From NCBI RefSeq assembly GCF_018977255.1, contig NW_024704743.1:93684001-93748000 (forward strand): a stretch of 64,000 bases of DNA, in the 5' to 3' direction. A model generated the notes under the pieces. It made no database searches. It saw nothing but the letters and a program-made list of their open reading frames with translations, and was not told the DNA's origin. Origin of the DNA: Callorhinchus milii (lineage: Eukaryota). Within the stretch, counting starts at the first letter, position 1; each line of letters begins with the position of its first letter. Positions 12,083 to 25,070 of this stretch are shown one piece after another. A program made the position numbers and the translations under genes.

Positions 12083-12990
12083 AAAGGCCCTTGACAGGCA
12101 ATTACACAGGAAGGAAAATGCATCAGCCATTTTCCGGCAAAAATCAGCAGGGTTCCACAAACAGCCATAAGGTCTAACAAATCAGGCACCAGCACAGACA
12201 CACAATCCAAAATTCTACCTTGTCTTTGCCTGTAAGACTAACTTATGATTTAGGATTGAATTTAAAAAAATCCACAACTCAGTGTCATCCTTAATTTGAA
12301 GACAAACTGGCATTATCAGATTGAATTTGGGGCTATAAAAGAGTCTGTTTGGGGCCGATTTAGGATCTGCACTGTCAGTATTTTAGAACAGCAAGGACAG
12401 GTCAAAGGAATCCTAGACACAATGCCCAAACAAAAGGCTAAATTCATGTGGGACTACTATAAAGTTGGATAACCAACATAATATGCAAAATGTCACAATC
12501 AACATGGGCATAATGTTAGATGAGCTGCTGAGAAGGAAGGAGACTTCTTACACTAAAAGGGTGAAATATTTTAAAAATCATATTGAATCAGTATTGAAGC
12601 ATTGCATTATTCACTTCCAAAGAGCACTTGCTTTTTAATAGTATTGAAAACCATAGGATGTTTCTTGTGAAACGAGAAATGGCAGGAAATGTCAAACACC
12701 CAACAGCATTAAACACCTTTTAACTGGATATGTCAAATCCGAACCCTTCTCTGATCCCTAATAAAGATTCACAGTGCTTCCTGTGAGTTTACAATCATAA
12801 ACCTCCACACAGACCTAGACAGTTTAATCTCACTGTCTACCGAGTCAAGACAGGCTCCAGTCAAACCCCCATGTTTTGTTTTAAAATTTGGTTATGGAGC
12901 TAGCTGTTAGTTTGCCATCATCATTTACCAGTTTATTACTATAGTGTGAAATCTACTTGAGTATCAATATATGTCTATTTCAGTACTCAC

Positions 12991-13029
12991 GGCTGCACCG
13001 TGTCCGTTCCAATCAGTTGGAGATGACAT
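12991..13029 (-). CDS. Candidate start-codon-containing exon part (MSSPTDWNGHGAA)
   Basis: Consensus donor GCC|gtgagt at 12990; acceptor tttttctgccattcttaacag at 13126. ATG at 13029 reads in phase 0 into the 9863-9931 candidate exon. Confidence 0.35.
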
Positions 13030-13292
13030 GAAAAGAACTTTTATTTCTTGAAAGGTCCTCAGTGATGGAACATAATTAGATACTGTGAATGATACTGAAA
13101 AGTGAATCTGAAATTCTCACAATTCCTGTTAAGAATGGCAGAAAAACAGCTTCCAAACAAATAATGAATTTAAGAATTGAAGAATTTTCCAAAATACTGG
13201 AGAATCTTACATTTTAAGGCTTAATTCCATGACTAAGAATTTCATCCTAAACAGAAATTATCATTATGTTTTATATTAACATCTCGAATTCT

Positions 13293-13725
13293 AATAATAA
13301 ACAATAAGCCTTACATTTGATATTTCACATCAGGAGGATGTCTCAAAGGGCTTCACAGGATGTAATGTAGCGACCATGTATTTTGTAGTGAGGCAGTGGC
13401 AACTAATTTGCACACAGCAACACCACACAAGAGCCACGTAGTGAATGATCAATATTATTTGCGAGGTTGTTGGCCAGGGCACCAGGAGAAGCTCCCATTT
13501 CTTTTCAAATAGTGACACTTGAACATCCATCTGAACAGGTCAAAGAGGTCCTGGTTTAACAGCTCATCCAAAGGACAGCACCTCCAATAATGCAAAGTAC
13601 CCCCACCACTGCATTCAATTCAAACATCAGCCTAGACTATGTGAGTTCAAAGTCCTGATGTAGGGCTTGAACTGATAATCTTATGACTCAGAGATGAGAA
13701 TGCTACCAACTGAGACAAGCTGACA
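13293..13725 (-). mobile_element. Deu-domain SINE
   Basis: Head (gactcagagatgagaatgctaccaactgagacaagctgaca on the + strand), core and tail all present. Confidence 0.85.
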
Positions 13726-14714
13726 TTAAGATCTTTGCTGTAATACTATTAATAATAATAATAATCGTTGCATTTGATATAGCACCTTATCATGTCTTCA
13801 AGACGTCTCAAAGGGCTTCACACAATATACCGTGAATTATATATTCACTGTATATTTGTGGGTGAAATCACAGACATCTGAATCAATCCAAGTTTGGGAA
13901 AGAGTTTCCAAGTTCAGTTGCATATTGCCTGCAGAGTCCTTTAGATTAAATAACGGAACAGGCCTGAACCATTTAACACTATGATTAGTTTCTCTTTGCC
14001 TTCAAAAATGACTTCTCACAATACCTACATACAATCTGTAGGTAAAACCATAAAATCAGCCTAACTCAAATTGAATCATGTTAAATCAACAATAGAATCA
14101 TAGACTGTTATTGGCACAGAAACAGACTATTTGGCCAATCTCATCTTTCCTCCACAACATAAATAGTTTGCTCTTCTTACCCCTGATGCTCAAAACACAC
14201 TAAGTTATGAGGATAGAGTGATAGAATTAGACTTGTCCTTGATGATTGAGAAGGAACTCTCAACAATGTGAGTTCATTGTTTCCTCTCAACAATGAAAGG
14301 CTCCATATCAAATGCAAGTACCTATATTAATAGTTATTACTATAGCATTGGCAGGCTGGAACAAAAATAGTTGCTTACCAATCATAAAGAATAAAAGTCC
14401 TTGAAAATTATAACCAGATGAGAGTCTGAAGTTCTTCAGAGGGAACAGGAAAGAAGGATTCTGATAAATTTATTAAGAGGCGATTAGTGGAAATATAGGG
14501 CTTAACTCAGAGGGATAGTTTCAAAGAGTACATTGCACCCTGGCTCCATGGCCTGGGTTTCCAGGAATCCTGTTATGTGGAACTGCTTCTCCTTGAAATA
14601 CATCTTGCAGATTCCAAATATCCTAATATGGATTTGGGTTTAAGACAAAACACACCTCATTTCCTAGATTTATAAATGCAATGCAATAGACACAATATCA
14701 ATATCAAATATAAG

Positions 14715-15085
14715 TCTACATTTCATAACACACTCTTTATGTGAGGAGGATGTCTCAAAGCACTTTGCAGGATATGCTGTAAAGTGGAGTGACTGTGGGT
14801 GAAAGCAGCAGTCAACTTGCACACAGCAATGACCCAGAAACAGCCATGAAGTGAATCAATTTTATTTGGGAGGTTGTTGGCCAGGACACCATAGAAATTT
14901 CCTTTTCGAAGAGTGCCATGGGGTCTTTAGTGTCCACCTGAACAGGCAGACAAGGCCTGAATTTAACGTCTCATCCGAAAGATGTCATCATCAACAATGC
15001 AGCATATACCCAATACTGCATTAGAGCATCTGTCTATATTATGAGTTACTAATCCTGTCATGGGGCTTGAACCCACAACCTCTTG
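14715..15085 (-). mobile_element. Deu-domain SINE
   Basis: agtgccatggggtctttagtgtccacctgaacaggcagac..tttaacgtctcatccgaaag is the reverse complement of the Deu-like core. Confidence 0.85.
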
Positions 15086-15763
15086 ACATTGGTGAAATTC
15101 AACGTAAGGCCCGAATACTATTCCAAGTCCATTTGAAGGATTGTATACAGTATACTCCTGATAACTGAACCCTGCCTTAATTGGTCACTATCACTTAAGT
15201 CATCATGCTGTCAATATCCTGGCTGCATTTATTTATGTATTCATACATATGCCTTAACTCGCCACTCCGATAAATCATCACTTTCTCTTGGAGTGACGAG
15301 TTATTTACTGTAATCAAGGCAACATCAAGAATAAGAGGTGCATCATTTGGAATTCAAATCTGTTTTTCATACTCAACATAGAAAAATTAGGAAGAGAAAT
15401 ATGGTATTAAGGAACCAGGCCTTAATTAAGATGAAAACTTTGATTCACAAATGTATTATTTTATTGATGATCCTTACAGCTTCCATTTGACCAAAAACAA
15501 GGCACAATGTTTCAGCCAGGGTGAAAGAAATCAGCACATTTTAATGTTTCCAAAAAGGTAAATCAATTAGAATAGTGACATGATCATAAACACTCTGGAA
15601 ATTAAGCTATAGAACCTTTCCAAATGAAAGCATTTTCTTTGCAAAGGATTCTTAATGTATATTTTGCTCAGGTTTGGTTTCCTGGACTTTGGGATTCAAA
15701 AGAAATAAGAAAAACCCTTCAATTATGTCATATTCTCTGCTGCTGATGAAAGCCTCAAGCAAA

Positions 15764-16431
15764 ATTTAGGGAGGAGGAATGAGGAGAGGCAATATAAGCT
15801 AGATGGTACAATCTTAAAGGAAGTGAAGGAACAGAGAGACTTGGGGGTTTATATAAGTAAATCCTTGAAGGTGACAGGACAGGCGGACAAAGCTGTTAAA
15901 AACGCATACAGAGCATCACAGTTTAGAAAGGATGTCAAGGCACTGGAGAGGGTGCAAAGGAGATTTACCCTGATGGTACCAGGAATGAGGGACTTCAGTT
16001 ATCAGGAGAGGCTAGAGAAGCTGGGATTATTCTCCTTGGAGCAAAGAAAGTTATGAGGAGACTTAATAGAAGTTTTCAAAATTATGAGTGGATTCAATAG
16101 GGTGAACAAGAAGAAATTATTTCCTCTGGCGGGTGGGTCGGTAACCCAAGGACACCAATTTAAAATAGTTGTTAAAAGAAACAGAGGGGAGGTGAGGAGA
16201 AATTTTTTCACACATCGAGTTGTTCAGATCTGGAATGCATTGCCTGAAAGGGTGGTGGAAGCCAATTCGATAACAACTTTTAAGAAAGAAGTAGATAACT
16301 ATTTGGGGAGGACACATTTGCAGGGCTATGGAGAGAGAGCAAGGGAGTGGGATTGACTTGGATCGCTCTTTTCAAAGAGCTGGCACAGACATGATAGGCC
16401 GATTGGCCTCCTTCTGTGCTGTGATTCCATG
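15764..16431 (+). mobile_element. CR1 LINE 3' fragment (internally deleted)
   Basis: ORFs read QRDLGV..KDVKALERVQRRFT..YQERLEKLGLFSLE and TQGHQFKI..RRNFFTHRVVQIWNALP. Confidence 0.93.
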
Positions 16432-17185
16432 AAAATGAATATTCATCTTCCTGCCACTAAAGGATGAGTTACAAGTTATCTCCAAGTATAATTAATGTAT
16501 TCTGTTTCACAGAATATACTGTAAAGTGAAGTGACTGTGTGCTTTTTGTGGGTGAAAGTAGCAGCCAATTTGGTACAGTTTGTGAGCAACAATTTGCCAC
16601 ACACAGCCATGAAGTAAATAACCAATTTTATTTGGGTCAGGACACCACTACTCTTTTCGAGTAGTGCACGGGTCCCCTATCAATCATCTCATCCATAGAG
16701 AGAAGCTCCAATCTGTCTAATCTTTCTTGTGAGCAGTATCCAGGAGTCCCTAAATACAGATATTGTAATTTATTACATATTATAATATATCTATATATGT
16801 AAAACAATATACAGATATTTCCCATATAAGCACTGATACCAAATTACATATTGGGTTGATATTGTTCACATTGTCATTCACTTTTTCTTGGTGACTGAGT
16901 TAATTTTCATTTGGAAAAATACTTTTCTTGGTCCTTGTCCTTGTTCATAGTTTGATGAAAAATACTTGTAAAAACAGATTGTTATATGATACACAGACCA
17001 TGTGTGTGGGAGTGCAACTGGTGGGTTGAGGTGACATAACTTCCTGACTAGTATTTGGCAATTATTTCCTTTCAGGGCATTATTTAATGTGATGGAGAAT
17101 ATTAGTTGCATAACTTCTTCTACAATTATTCCTTTTACAATAATATCCTGAAGGACTGATTTATTTCTCTATTGTTTTAGAGTGT

Positions 17186-18024
17186 AACATAACATAACAT
17201 AACATGTAGGACCAGGAGTAGGCCATTTGACCTTTCAAGCCTGCCCCACCATTCAATCATGGCTGATCTTCTAATCTAACTCCAGCTAATAACCTAACCC
17301 TGCCTTATCCCCATATCCCTTAATACCTTTTGCAATAAGTAATCTATCTATCCTAGTCTTGAATATGTTCAAGCACTGAGTGTCAGCAGCCCTTTGGGGT
17401 AGCGAGTTCCATACATTCATCACCCTTTGAGTGAAGAAGTTCTTCCTCAACTCAGTGCGAAAGGGCTGGCCTTTGATTTTAAGGTTGTGACCCCTGGTTT
17501 TAGTTTCTCCAACCAAGGGAAACAATCTCCCACTATCTACTCTTTCATGCCCTTTGATGATCTTATAGATTTCTATAAGATCCCCTCTAATTCTTCTACA
17601 TTCTAGAGAATATAGGTCCAAATTGGTCAGCCTACCCTCGTGACTCGTGACTCATCCCCTTCATCCCTGGTACTAACCTAGTAAATCTATGCTGCACCCC
17701 CTCCAAGGCAAGAACATCCTTCCTTAAATAAGGAGACCAAAACTGCACACAGTATTCCAGGTGTGATCTCACCAGGGCCCTATACAGTTGCAGCAAGACT
17801 TCCCTGCTCTTGTACTCTAATCCTTTCATAATGAACGCTAACATACCGTTCGCCTTCCTAATTGCTGCTGAACCTGCAGACTAACGTTCTGTGATTGGTG
17901 TACAAGAATACCCAAGTCCCTCTGGACGCTAACACATTCCAATCTCTCCCCTTCTAAAAAATAACCTGCTCTACTGTTTTTGCTCCCTAGGTGGATGACT
18001 TCGCACTTCCCTACATTATACTTC
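17186..18024 (-). mobile_element. CR1 LINE 3' fragment with (AACAT)n tail
   Basis: ORFs read KCEVIHLG..QRDLGILV, LYRALVRSHLEYCVQFWSP, RGDLIEIYKI..TRGHNLK..FFTQRVMNVWNSLP. Confidence 0.95.
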
Positions 18025-18156
18025 AATAATGTAAGAATATAAGCAACTATTGTGTCAATAGTTGTAAAGCGTGTATGGGCATTTCAGAATAAAGTGCTAC
18101 ATTATAATGCAAGGATTTATCTGAAAGCAAATATTGAATGACATTTCAGATATAAG

Positions 18157-18950
18157 TCTTCATCAGAACCAGTCATCCTGAGGCATGACATTTCTCAAGC
18201 TTTTTTTCTTAGGACCATTGTCTTGAAATTTAAGATCATGGAAAATTTAGAAAAAAATCTTCAGTTCAGTCTTAATTCAAATGCCTAAAGTGATCATTAA
18301 AAATAGTGCTGTGATTTTTCACAATCTTACAATGAGATTTCCCATTCTAAATCCACAGGGAAAAGATCCATAAATTGAAGGATCAGTTGAAAATAATCCA
18401 GAGAGTACCGTTGGGGTCAGAGAATCTGTAAATCAATGATTGAACCAGTGTTGAGAATACAGAAGTTGTAAAGTTAATTTTACAGTAACTGAACTTTGAC
18501 TTGCTGCTGCCTGTGTTTCATCAAACCAGCCGTCACTTAGCACATTCTAAACCCAATAGAAGCCTGAATGGGTGCCAGCGCTGTTTATTTCAAGAGACAC
18601 TCAATTTTTGCTAAATTCCTTCCTATCGATTTCAAATGTTCCCAGCCCTCTTAAAAATCTGTTGATAGTAAATCCATAGATTACAGACAGAAAGAGGCGA
18701 TTTGGACCATCAAACCAGTACCTCCACTGGAGTTCACTGCTGAATGCCAGTTGTCTTTTCACTACACAATACAAAAAGACCACTATGTTTTGTGTTGATA
18801 GACAGATTCCACCAGAAAATAATCCACTGGATTGTTATTTTCACAACCATGTAGAATAATATTTCAAGTGCAAATCTTCATCAGAACCAGTCATCCTGAG
18901 GCATGACATTTTTCAAGCTTTTTTTTCTTAGGACCATTGTCTTGAAATTT
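18157..18950 (+). repeat. ~75-bp near-identical direct repeat pair (18157-18231 and 18875-18950)
   Basis: tcttcatcagaaccagtcatcctgaggcatgacattt(c/t)tcaagc(t)n cttaggaccattgtcttgaaattt occurs twice, differing by one substitution and one poly-T indel. Confidence 0.9.
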
Positions 18951-19189
18951 GATATCAATGAACATGTTACCTGCATCTCCACAAACCTTTTAGAAATTAT
19001 AACTTAAATTAATGTTAGATTGACTATCATTCAAAATAACCCAGATAAGATTGGTCATATATTTCACAGCTGTTTGTCGGATAAAACTGTGTGCAAATTT
19101 GCTGCCGCATTAGTCTATAAAATACACAGTCATTTTACAATAAATTCTGTATCCTACTTGAGATATTTGAGGTGGAGGAGTTCAATCAT

Positions 19190-19495
19190 GGGAGGTACCG
19201 TCCTTTGGATGAGGCGTTAAATCGTGGTCCTTTCTGCCTGTTCAAGCTATCATTAAAGATCCCATGGCACTACTTGAAAAGAGAAATGTGTTTCTCCCTG
19301 GATTCTGGCCAATAATCCCCCATTGGTCATAAAATTGGTCATTCATTTTGTGGCTGTTTGTGAGATATTGCTGTGCACAATTGAGCTGCTGTGTTCGGCT
19401 ACAAATACAGTCATTCCACTTCACTTCCTGTGGGCTTTTGGGTCAGCCTCATGACATAAAAATCGCTGTACCAAATACAAGGATGATGATGATTA
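19190..19495 (+). mobile_element. Deu-domain SINE 3' part; its tail is the Helitron target
   Basis: ggaggtaccgtcctttggatgaggcgttaaa..aaagatcccatggcactac..tail aaatacaaggatgatgatgatta. Confidence 0.82.
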
Positions 19496-19927
19496 TCTAT
19501 ACTAATAAAACAACAATGTATGTTTGCGCTTCAAAAAGGATCTCAATAAACGATTGAAGTAGGTACACGATTTATACCTCATTGGAAAGGTCTTGCAAAT
19601 GGGAATGACCTGGGCATATTAGATTTCAGGTAGTTCTTATCATTCATGAGATATTTTCAGTGTTGCGTTTTTTGCTGTAGTTGCACCTGGTGGTCTCCAA
19701 CTCAAAGTGGCGCTGTGGGCATCACATGTTTGTACGCATACATTGCAGTTACACCTGGTGGCCGCGCCAAAACAAAAGGAGTCCTCCCACAGGAGTTCTC
19801 CCACAGGAGTCCTCCTAGCTGAGTATAGATAAAGATGAAATGTCTGTCTGTTCGTCTGTCTGTGTGTCAATCTACATTCCATATTGGATCCTTTGGTTGC
19901 AAGCGTAGCTGCAGCAGGTACAGCTAG
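19496..19927 (+). mobile_element. Non-autonomous Helitron
   Basis: 5' end A|TCTATACTAATAAAA and 3' end CTAG|T. GC-rich hairpin GCAAGC-GTA-GCTGC (19899-19912) lies 11 nt before CTAG. Inserted between A and T with no TSD. Confidence 0.85.
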
Positions 19928-20689
19928 TTGTTAATAATAATATTATAGGACCAAAGCAACTCCATTGTTGCCTTTGTCAAAATTATCTGAAAAGAACCAT
20001 TCGAAAACTGCTTCAAAATCAAGATTGCCTTCAAGAATATGTCAACTTCTGCAGATTTTGAAATGCTTAGAAAATAGTGTTAGTCTTGGTGGAATTCTTC
20101 CACTCAGGAGCCTGGGTAATTTTATCTCTCTCACCTAGGGATCTTGGGGTCAATTTTAGCTCCCAACTGCTACCCTACTCAGATCAGACAAGAAAATTGG
20201 ATTTAAACCAAAATTGGATTTAAATCTGCATGGCCAGGTGCTGCATCAGACAGTACCTGTACCCACCAGACCATTGGATGAATCATCACTTGGCTGCATT
20301 TCTAGTTACACTTCGTTCATAGAAAATGATGGGGGAGGAGCGGGGGAAAGAATTCTACCTTATTTGTTCATTTTAAATGTGGGAGGGTTATAATGTTTTA
20401 TCATGAGTCTCCAAAACAGAAATGTATTCATCTTCTTTTATTTCATCCTGTTCCCAAGATGATTTACGCCAGATTGGTTAACGCCTTAACCACAAGTAAT
20501 AGTTTGTTCAGATCACAGAAATACTTGGCTGATTGTCAGAGCTCCTGCAAATATTTTCAAAACCATAACCTCTTCTCTGGGCGATGATCATCTGCATGTA
20601 GTTTTTGTTAATTCAATAAAATGTACGTGAGCTTCACGAGAAGTCTATTGAAGATTGATGGGTGATGTCGTCAATGATTGAGTTGGTAA

Positions 20690-20920
20690 AGTTGCTACAA
20701 AGTGGAGAACTGAGCCACAGAGAGTCAAAAGGTTGCATGTACAATCTTCAATCAGCGCTGTTAGCTGATCTTTGCTGGAAGCAATAGCAGTGGTGCTACA
20801 TAGTCTCTCAACAGCCCTGGGCGAGGGAGAGGAAAAATCAGCCAGTATTCCTGAGCCTGATCTCTTTTTTATTATTATCATCATTAGCCAGTGATCCCTG
20901 TGAAAATGCGTGCATATGTG
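20690..20920 (+). mobile_element. Ancient SINE remnant (AmnSINE2-like)
   Basis: actgagccacagag..gttagctgatc..ccctgggcgagggagaggaaaaatcagccag..cctgatc resembles my recollection of AmnSINE2. The family name is unverified. Confidence 0.45.
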
Positions 20921-22419
20921 GATGGCAAAAAATTCTGAATGTTTATCCATTCTCATAGCTCCCCTACCCACCCATTCTCTTGCCCTCCACAGATTACATA
21001 CCCACCCGCCCTCTCTGCTTTTGCAGCACAAAACCCATTGTGTCCCATTGTTATTCCACCTCAGTCTACATTCATCCTTCAATGCCAACTCCAAATTGAA
21101 TATTTTAAGCAATTTTGGCAGCCTTTTTGAGTGACACCTGCTTGCACACAACTATCATAATCATGGCAGATTAAAATATGGTTGTTTCCTTGCTGACCGA
21201 GAATTATTGAACCAGAGCGAAGCACAAGTCACTTTTGGCTGTTTGGAATATGATGCACTAAATTAAGAAAACTAAAACACAACATAGGAGCTTGACCTTT
21301 TGTTCTTGGGTACTCCCTGTTGTTTATTGACACTTGACAGGAAGCTCTGCAGCTCATCATATCTTGCCTCCGTACTCGACAGACCAAATGGCCTGGCCAG
21401 ATGATCAGATCTATCCCAATCCAACAGGCATTTGTTATTTTCTAGAGCTATTTGCACCTTATTCCTAATCTGATTTGTGAAGCTTTGATGTGTGCTTGAC
21501 AGAAGCTGTGTTTAACTCATTTACAGACACTCTAGCTAACGTACAATGGGCACTCCCCTATGAGGTAATCCACCTTGGACAGTGAGAATTGACACATCGG
21601 GCTTGAGGTAAATTTCAGAGAAAGGGAGCACACTGTCTGATTCTGTAATTAATCATTAGGATGTGGTGTAGACTGGAAGAATGCATGAGGAATGAATTTA
21701 CACCCATTAAGAATTACACCTAATAGGAAGTATTAGACATACATATAGGGCTCAAATGATCATACATTATTCTGCTCTGTACACTCCATATACAAATCCC
21801 TTGAATAAGGCTCAAAGCTATTCTCAAATATATTCTCGCATTCTTTGCTTAAAAGAGCATCTCAAAATGCCTCAAGTTTGTTTTGTGAGCTTGTTTCTCT
21901 GTGCATACAACGATAACATAATAATCCTTGCATTTGATATTCCCTTATAACATCAAAACTTCACAAATAATGATGGTTTGTTTGCAGGTAACCATTGTTG
22001 CAAATTTATACATAGCAACAAACAAACAGCCATGAAGTGAATGATAGGTTTGTCTAAAGTATTGCTGAGTAGGACACTAGGATACTAGGGAAACTTTCCT
22101 TTGATTTAAAATACCTGTGGTTTTACAACAGAAGATCATGCACTAACGTTTGTGCAATTCAGCACTGATCGGCCCTCCCTTCCCCACTCCCTGCCACCAG
22201 TATTCCTGCTCATTTTGATCGTCTTTGATCATTTTGATCCCCATACCCCTTCAAGCCATTAATGTTCATACATTTGTCTAAATATATGATTAACTGTGCA
22301 CTACACATAATTTTCAGAAGTGTGTTATACAGTTGGGAGCATGTTATATATTTATATCATTGTCAAAGGCAAAATAATTGACCAGTCATTCTTCTAGGGA
22401 GCAGTTTATTTTCATTTAT

Positions 22420-22995
22420 CAACAACAACAGCTTGCACTTACATAACGCCATCCATGCCGGGCAGCGTCTCAGAACGTTTAACAATGGTGGAGTCCAAGG
22501 CCGAGCCTGGGGGAGGGGGAGGGTGACCATAACTGGGGTCGAAAAGAAAAGTCTTCAGGCACGAGCTGAAGATGGGAAAGGAGGGGGCAAGGCGAAGGGG
22601 TTGAGGGAGGGAGTTGCAAAGTTTCGGGGCAGAGGATTTGGGGGATGTGGAGAAGGTAGAATGGAGGCAGCGGGTACTGCTGTGGAGAGAGAGGAAGTTA
22701 GAGGGATAGGGGTGTGCCAAGGAATGGAGGGATTTAAACACGAGAGTGTGGATCATCAAGTCGATCCGCTCTGTGACAGGGAGCCAGTGGAGTTATCAGG
22801 CTGCTGAGGGAAAGGACACAGGCTGCAGGGTTCTGGATCATCTGCAGCTTGTGTAGGGAGGAGCTGGGGTATCCAGTGAGCAGGACATTGAAATAACCGA
22901 GCCTAGATGTGATGAAGGCATTGAAGAAGTTCTTGACAGCTCAGGGGTAGAGATAGGGGCAGAGGCGAGCAATGTTATGGAAATATTGGTGGCAA
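22420..22995 (-). mobile_element. Older L2 3' fragment
   Basis: ORF 22439-22759 reads LVFKSLHSLAHPY..KLCNSLPQPLRLAPS..LKTFLF. (CAA)n tail. Confidence 0.88.
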
Positions 22996-23996
22996 TGCCT
23001 TATCCCCTCTCTTTATAGTTATTAGTTATTTCACATAATGCAAACCACAAGTGAGTAACTTATAAAAACAAAGAAGACTATTAGTGAAACTTCTCTCAAA
23101 CTGATCGTGAATTTCTGTGGACGTCAAATGAAAAATGATCCGCTGAATAATTCATTTGGGGGCATTTCCAGGTGAAGTGATTTAATTGGCCTTATTTCTG
23201 CCCTTCTGTTTTATATTACTGCCAGTAAAATATATGCCTCACTATAATTGCCATGCAGCAAATAGTGTGATATGCGAGGGCCTGATTCTGTTTAATTCCT
23301 TCCATTCCAGCAACAATGGCACTTGTGCTTGGGCAGCAAATCCATCCCTTAAAATGTACTCTTCTGTACTGAAAATGAGTCAAGGGTGGTCATCTCAGGG
23401 TATTGGTAAACTTTCTGACTTTAGTATTGTATTTACCACTTACTAGCTAGTCTAGCATGTGATAATTTCTAACTGATTTTCTTAATAGGAAACACATAAC
23501 CATTGCTTTTAATATAGATCCCATAACATTAAAACATCTCAAAGCACTTTACACAGAATTTCTGTGAAATGTAGTGACTCCATTTGTAGGCAAACCTGGC
23601 AGTCAATATGCACCCAGCAATAAAGAGAATGATGATCAATTTATCTGGAGGATTAAAGTATGAAGGGAAGATATTCCCTTTCAAGTAGTGTGATGGGATT
23701 TTTAACCTGAACAGGTAGATGAGGCCTTGTTTTTACATCCCAATCCTGTCAGAAGTTACAGGTTAGATCCCATAACCTTATTTTTGAGCATGACGCAGTC
23801 TTTTTGCAAGCCTGCGTACTGATGGGTACAACCGGGAGGAATAATCCATTGACTAAAACCAAAGGTTCGCTTTAGCTGTTGGATATAAAGATCCTTTAGC
23901 TATAACTTCATAGAAATGTATTAATTTCACCCCCAGAATATACAGACACTGCACTTTACAGTATATTCTGTGAAACACTTTTGCTGCTTGCTAGTT

Positions 23997-25070
23997 ATAA
24001 TAATAATCCTTGCATTTGATATAGCGCCTTATCACGTCTTCGAGACATAGAAACATAGAAACAGGAGTAGGCCATTCAGCCCCTCAAGCCTATTCTGCCA
24101 TTCTATAATATCATGACTGGTCTGTACCTCAAGTCCAATTACCACCCCCCCCACCCCCTTTGCCCCATAAACTCTTAAAATCCTGACCTAACAAATATTT
24201 ATCCACCTCAGTCTTGAAAATTGAATGGATCCACTAATCACGGACTTCTGTGGGAGAGAGTTCTAGATTTCCAAAACACTTTGGGTGAAAAACTGCTGGA
24301 TAATTTCACTCCTAAATGGCCTAGCTCTAATTTAAAGATCATGCCCTCTTGTTCTGGATTCACCTACCAGAGGAAATAGTTTCTCTGCAGCTACCCTATC
24401 AAATCCTTTTATTATTTGAAAAATCTCAATCAAATCACCCCTGAACTTTCTAAATTCAAGGAAATAGAGACCAAGTTTATGCAACTTGTCCTCATAATTT
24501 AACCCTTTCAGCCCTAGTATCATTCTGGTGAATCTGCACTGCACTTCCTCCAGAGCCAATATACCTTTCCTGAGGTGCGATGCCCAAAACTGAACGCAGT
24601 ATCCCAGATGGGTTCTGACCAAGGCTCCATATAGAAGCATCATTTCCTCTGTTTATATTCCAGCCCCCTTGAGATAAAGGCCAACATCCCATTAGCTTTT
24701 TTGATAACTTTTGTACCTGTGAGCTTTATTCAAATAAACATCTCAAAGCGCTTCACAAAATATACTCAAAAGTGAACTGACTGTATATTTTGTGGGTGAA
24801 ACGTGACAGCCAATTGTGCATAGCAGTGTCCCACAAACAGTCGTGAACTGAGTGACTAATTTTTTGTATATATATATATTTTTGGGAAGGGATTATTACC
24901 CTGGAAACGTGATCCGCCTATCGACTAACAACCAGGTTCCTACTTACTGCTAGATAAACAGAGGCGCTTGGAGTAAGCAAACTTGCCTAGTGTTTCACCC
25001 TGCCCAGGAACCAAACCAAGGTCATCTCGCTTGTGAGGCGAGTGCTCTAACCACTAAGCAACAGGATCCC
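23997..25070 (-). mobile_element. tRNA-derived SINE, subfamily B, split by a CR1 insertion
   Basis: Tail at 23997-24048 resumes at ~24738 (acatctcaaagcgcttcac). Head at 25020-25070 has a CTCGC-CTCACAA-GCGAG arm. Confidence 0.88.
24045..24722 (-). mobile_element. CR1 LINE 3' fragment with (AGAAACAT)n tail
   Basis: ORF 24332-24643 reads LYGALVRTHLGYCVQFWASHLRK..RGDLIEIFQIIKGFDRV..SRTRGH. Confidence 0.95.

Noticed and set aside
20645..21151. 168-aa minus-strand ORF
   Set aside because: Runs antisense through an ancient SINE remnant and low-complexity DNA; no recognisable domain.
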